DNA from: an uncultured bacterium | GTDB taxonomy: Bacteria > Babelota > Babeliae > Babelales > Babelaceae | DNA length: 64,000 nucleotides | Reading direction: 5' to 3' | Assembly (NCBI GenBank): GCA_963713855.1 | Contig: OY970209.1 | Location: forward strand, 896,001-960,000 | Part shown: positions 59,969 to 64,000 of the stretch, one piece after another | Position numbering within the stretch: position 1 is the first letter of the stretch | Layout: the number at the start of each line of letters is the position of its first letter | The notes under the pieces: model-generated | What the model saw: the letters and a program-made list of their open reading frames with translations, nothing else | What the model was told of the DNA's origin: nothing | Databases searched by the model: none | Position numbers and translations under genes: made by a program

Positions 59969-60496
59969 TTAAAGTTCTTCTCTGAACTTTTTACCAGTAC
60001 CCTGTTCTTGTGCTAGATCTGATTCAAGTGCATTAAAACGGCTTTGTACTTCTTTAAATGTATCATAGGCTTGATACATTTTTTCGATTTTTGTCCCGAT
60101 CTTATCAATGATAGCTACAGCGTACTCTTTTCCTAGCTCCTTCATCGTTTGGGCCAAGTTTTTTACAAAATATACAATTTTGCTGACCGGTTTTTTTTGT
60201 GAAGGTAGGGTGGCTATAAATGTGTCAATTTCAGGGATAAATTGAGAAAGACTTCTATATAGTGCTAGTTCATCTCTGATTTCTTGTAGTTTTTCATATA
60301 AAGCATTCTCTGCGCTTTTAAGTTGCTCGTAAGCAGTGTTTAAAGCTTGTTCTTCTAAAAAGATAGCAATTTTGAGTCTTTCAATTTGCGTTAGAAAATG
60401 GGATTTGATATGGAGTTGCGATCTACTATCCATATTTGAAAAAGTGACTATCGATAATAGGGACAAGGTTATCATTTTATAGAGAACTCTCTTCAT
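59969..60496 (-). CDS. Secreted hypothetical coiled-coil protein inserted between tolA and tolB
   Basis: AAGGG RBS, signal peptide, helical. Confidence 0.65.
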   Translation of the reverse strand: MKRVLYKMITLSLLSIVTFSNMDSRSQLHIKSHFLTQIERLKIAIFLEEQALNTAYEQLKSAENALYEKLQEIRDELALYRSLSQFIPEIDTFIATLPSQKKPVSKIVYFVKNLAQTMKELGKEYAVAIIDKIGTKIEKMYQAYDTFKEVQSRFNALESDLAQEQGTGKKFREEL

Positions 60497-60685
60497 GGAT
60501 TTTCCCTTTCATTAAGCACTACCTTCTGATTTAATTTTATCATATTTAATTAAAATTGTAATAATAACTCAAATAAATAATAGTTTGAGTGCTGTTGTAT
60601 TCTTTAGGCGTGAACGCCTTGGGCAGAAGATGATTTTTTTGATAAACTCTCTTAAACATAATTAAATTGAGAAGAAAGTTTACCC

Positions 60686-61969
60686 ATGCTCAAGAGATAT
60701 TCTATAACCTTCAGTCTTCTTTTTTCTTCTTTTTTGGCCGGTACTCAAAATGATATCGTGTCTATTACAATAGATAATACCCAGAGCGCAAAACAAACCC
60801 AAAAGCGGATGCCTCTCTTTATAGGAGGAATTCACTTAGAGGAAGGTTTGGTCGACGTATTGCCTTTACTTAAAGCTGATTTGGAACTTAGTAAGCAATT
60901 TGCCGTTAAGACACAGATACTTGAAAAGCCTCCCTTGAAGAAAAATATTCAAGAACTCTATGCTCAAGGGTACCTTTTGGCTCTCTTTATTAATAAGTCT
61001 CCTTCAAAGGACGCTTTTGAGTGGCGCTTATATAACACTTCATCCGGCAGCTTAGAAAAAGGTAGGACAGTTCCGATGAGCGGGAAGGGTCCTGAAGTTT
61101 CGGCGCACTCGCTTTGCCATGATGTTTGGAAAGAACTAATGGGAAGCCCGGGCCCCTTTACGAGCCGCTTATGTTACATGAAGCGATTGCCAATGCCTGG
61201 TAAATCCTTTTTAACAAACCTTTGTGTGACTGATGTACATGGTAAGAAAGTGCAAACCCTTTTTTCCACCGAGAGAATCAGCGTAGCTCCCCGTTGGAGT
61301 TCACATACAATGGGTCAGCACATCCTTTACTCAGAATTTACGCCTTCAAACGTGCGTGTTGTATCGGTGGATATGGAAGGAAAAAAGCGAGTTATTTTAG
61401 ATTTTGAAGGAACCTTAGCAGGTGTATCCTTTCACCCCACTACCCTAGATATGGTGTACGGCCGATCCGGTGGGATATGGCAATGCTCGTATGATCCCAC
61501 CACAGCTAAGTCTAAGCATATCCTTCTTGTGCGGGAGAACGAGGCTTGTGCCTGCCCGACCGCTTTGTCGAATGGGGACGTTATCTATTGCTGCCAGGGT
61601 AAAATCAAACGCTATGTTAAAGCAACTGGTAAACGTAATCTTCTTGTGGATCAAGGCTATACAGTAGGCCCAGCTTTCCACGAAAAAAGCGGCCAATTAG
61701 TGTATTCGAAGCGAGTAAAAGGAGTGATACAGCTTTTTCTCTGCTCTATCCCTGCCGATAAGCATACCCAGATTACCTTTGAAGCTGGCGATAAGACTGA
61801 TGCCTGTTGGTCAGACTGTGGTACTTGGCTTGCTTTTAATGTTGAGGCTCAGGGTAAAAGTCGTATAGGGCTACTCCATGTCAAAACGGGTACCTTTTAT
61901 TACGTAACTCGAGCAGACTCGGATTGCTGTTGTCCCGCATGGTCACCGCTTTTTGCGCATGATAGCTAG
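60686..61969 (+). CDS. tolB: TolB-like periplasmic beta-propeller protein
   Basis: Signal peptide; N-domain DLELSKQF, GPFTSRL; PD40-like blades (APRWS, PAWSP); context after tolQRA. Confidence 0.75.
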   Translation: MLKRYSITFSLLFSSFLAGTQNDIVSITIDNTQSAKQTQKRMPLFIGGIHLEEGLVDVLPLLKADLELSKQFAVKTQILEKPPLKKNIQELYAQGYLLALFINKSPSKDAFEWRLYNTSSGSLEKGRTVPMSGKGPEVSAHSLCHDVWKELMGSPGPFTSRLCYMKRLPMPGKSFLTNLCVTDVHGKKVQTLFSTERISVAPRWSSHTMGQHILYSEFTPSNVRVVSVDMEGKKRVILDFEGTLAGVSFHPTTLDMVYGRSGGIWQCSYDPTTAKSKHILLVRENEACACPTALSNGDVIYCCQGKIKRYVKATGKRNLLVDQGYTVGPAFHEKSGQLVYSKRVKGVIQLFLCSIPADKHTQITFEAGDKTDACWSDCGTWLAFNVEAQGKSRIGLLHVKTGTFYYVTRADSDCCCPAWSPLFAHDS

Positions 61970-62080
61970 ATTCGTCTAAAGGATGAGTCGACAAACTGGA
62001 TGGTTATCGGTATACTAATGGATAATAACCACACAATAATAAAGCTTTTTAGATAAAAGGCAGTTTGTAGGTACTTAGTT

Positions 62081-64000
62081 ATGAAAAACAAAACACATTT
62101 TAAATCGATGCGAAGTGGGCCTCGTCATTTCTTTTTTTTGATTAGTGCGACTGTCTTAGGGTTAATTCTCTTGACTAACCTGATAGACCATTCCCGCTTG
62201 ACGCAGCCGATGCCCTATTCTGCTTTTTGGAAGAATGTTGAGCTTGGCCACGTAAAGTCAGTGCGTATAATAGGTCAAAAAATACATGGTGCGCTAAAAG
62301 ATAATAAAACTCAGTTTGAGACTGTAGCACCTGAAAACAACCCGCAGTTATGGGCTCTTCTTAAAGAGCACGGTGTTGAGGTAACATTCTCTGAGCCGCA
62401 CGCCTTGGCAGCCGGCTGGCATTGGGTTGCTCTTATGGGCTTATTGGTTATGGCAATCTTCGTATGGCTCCTTTTAAGGCAATCTCGAGGATCCGGTTCT
62501 TCTAGTAGTACTATCTTTAGTATGGGTAAAAGCCGGGCAAAGATGATTTCGCCTACACAGGTAAAAATTAATTTCTCTTGCGTTGCTGGTGCCGAGGAAG
62601 CAAAGCAAGCTCTTGGTGATGTTATCGATTTTTTAAAACATCCTGAAAAATTTAAGCGCTTGGGGGCTAGACTCCCTCGAGGCATTTTGCTTGTTGGTGA
62701 GCCTGGAAATGGAAAAACGCTTCTTGCAAAAGCTGTTGCAGGTGAAGCAAATTGTCCATTTTTTATTGTAAATGGGTCAGATTTTGTAGAGGTATTTGTG
62801 GGCGTTGGTGCTGCTCGCATACGGGACCTTTTTGCACAAGCTCGAAAGCAAGCGCCATGCATCGTCTTTATTGATGAATTTGATGCTATTAGCAGGCAAC
62901 GCGGCACTGGCCTTGGTGGAAATAATGATGAGCGCGAACAGACTCTTAACCAGCTTTTGACCGAGCTTGATGGTTTTGAAAGTCAAAATGTACCCGTTGT
63001 AGTAATTGCAGCAACTAATTTATCTGACGTTCTTGATAAAGCCGTTTTGCGGCCAGGAAGGTTTGATCAACGTATTGATATCCCATTTCCTGATACAAAG
63101 GCAAGAGAAGATATTTTGCGTATTCATGCGCGCGATAAGCGTATTTCTTCTGATATAGATTTTAAGAACATTGCTCTTGATACTGCTGGCTTTAGTGGGG
63201 CTGATCTTGCAAATCTTATTAACCAAGCGGCCCTTATAGGCTCGAAAAAGGGACATGATGTCGTTACGTTAACTGACATACAAGAAGCGAGAATTCGCCT
63301 TTTTAAGTCGCAAGAAACGCACGCTAATGTGGGAGCAAGTCAGAAGGGAGCTGCTAATGCGCGCCTTTTTATGCCCTCTCAGATTAAAACAACGTTTAAA
63401 GACGTTGCTGGTATAAAAGAGGCAAAGGAAGAGGTTGAAGATATAATACATTTTCTTGCGTCAGCCAGAGAAATTTAAACGCTTGGGTGCACGAATACCT
63501 CGTGGTGTTCTTCTGGTTGGAGACCCGGGAAATGGAAAAACGCTTCTTGCAAAAGCTATAGCTGGTGAAGCTCAATGTCCGTTTTTTAGTGTGAGTGGTT
63601 CCGACTTTATTGAAATGTTTGTCGGCGTCGGTGCTTCACGCGTGCGGGACCTTTTTACGCAGGTACGAAGGCACTCACCAAGTATTGTGTTTATTGATGA
63701 GATCGATTCTATTGGTGCTAGCAGAACGGGAAGTGGCCATGGTGGCGATCAGGAGCATAGTAGGACACTTAATCAGCTTCTAGCTGAGATGGATGGTTTT
63801 AATACGACGGGCAACGATACCATTGTTATTGGTGCAACAAACAGAGCAGATATTCTTGATAGTGCTTTATTAAGGCCGGGAAGGTTTGACCGTCAGGTTA
63901 CGGTACCTTATCCAGATTTGGCATCTCGCGAAGAGATCTTGCAAGTGCATGCTCGTGGCGTGATTATTGACGAAGGTGTCAACTTGAGGACTATAGCACG
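62081..64000 (+). CDS. ftsH: FtsH-family membrane AAA+ protein with two tandem AAA modules; extra T at 63451-63454; runs off the window
   Basis: 2 TM plus periplasmic domain. AAA1: [24 protein letters not shown]. After the frameshift, AAA2: [24 protein letters not shown]. Confidence 0.85.

Noticed and set aside
63595..63783. 62-aa ORF
   Set aside because: Wrong frame; the region encodes the second AAA module of FtsH.
1..64000. CRISPR array, IS/transposase, integrase, prophage, or att duplication of tRNA 3' ends
   Set aside because: No regularly spaced direct repeats, recombinase motifs or duplicated tRNA ends were seen by eye; short degenerate elements could have been missed.

Overview
Bacterial chromosomal segment, moderately AT-rich, with the gene repertoire of an obligate intracellular protist parasite. 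It holds three tandem NTT/TLC nucleotide (ATP/ADP) translocases, ankyrin and Sel1/TPR proteins with signal peptides, a DUF2608 HAD protein and a degenerate sigma54-type regulator. My best inference is phylum Dependentiae (TM6/Babelota); I cannot verify this without a search. Housekeeping blocks (polar amino-acid ABC transporter, lon, rpsB, tRNA-Ser, SRP RNA, dnaX, der, raiA/hpf, dsbD-like, tRNA-Ala, alaX, CCA enzyme, tolQRA-tolB, ftsH) alternate with blocks of secreted or surface paralogues that show duplication, deletion and homogenisation. Highlights: (1) an FtsH with two tandem, motif-complete AAA+ modules; (2) an unannotated 46-codon His-rich leader peptide ahead of the amino-acid ABC operon; (3) a secreted ankyrin protein ending in an F-box-like motif; (4) a Cys-less secreted Hint protein carrying only a short membrane peptide; (5) a tandem active/inactive HEXXH metalloprotease whose 3' end survives as relics between three Sel1 paralogues; (6) two 21-blade membrane-anchored beta-propeller proteins with a conserved cytoplasmic tail; (7) a permuted papain-like enzyme split by one in-frame amber stop; (8) an orphan RHH antitoxin with an 18-bp operator. 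Three single-base homopolymer indels suggest long-read assembly error. I saw no CRISPR array, integrase or IS element.
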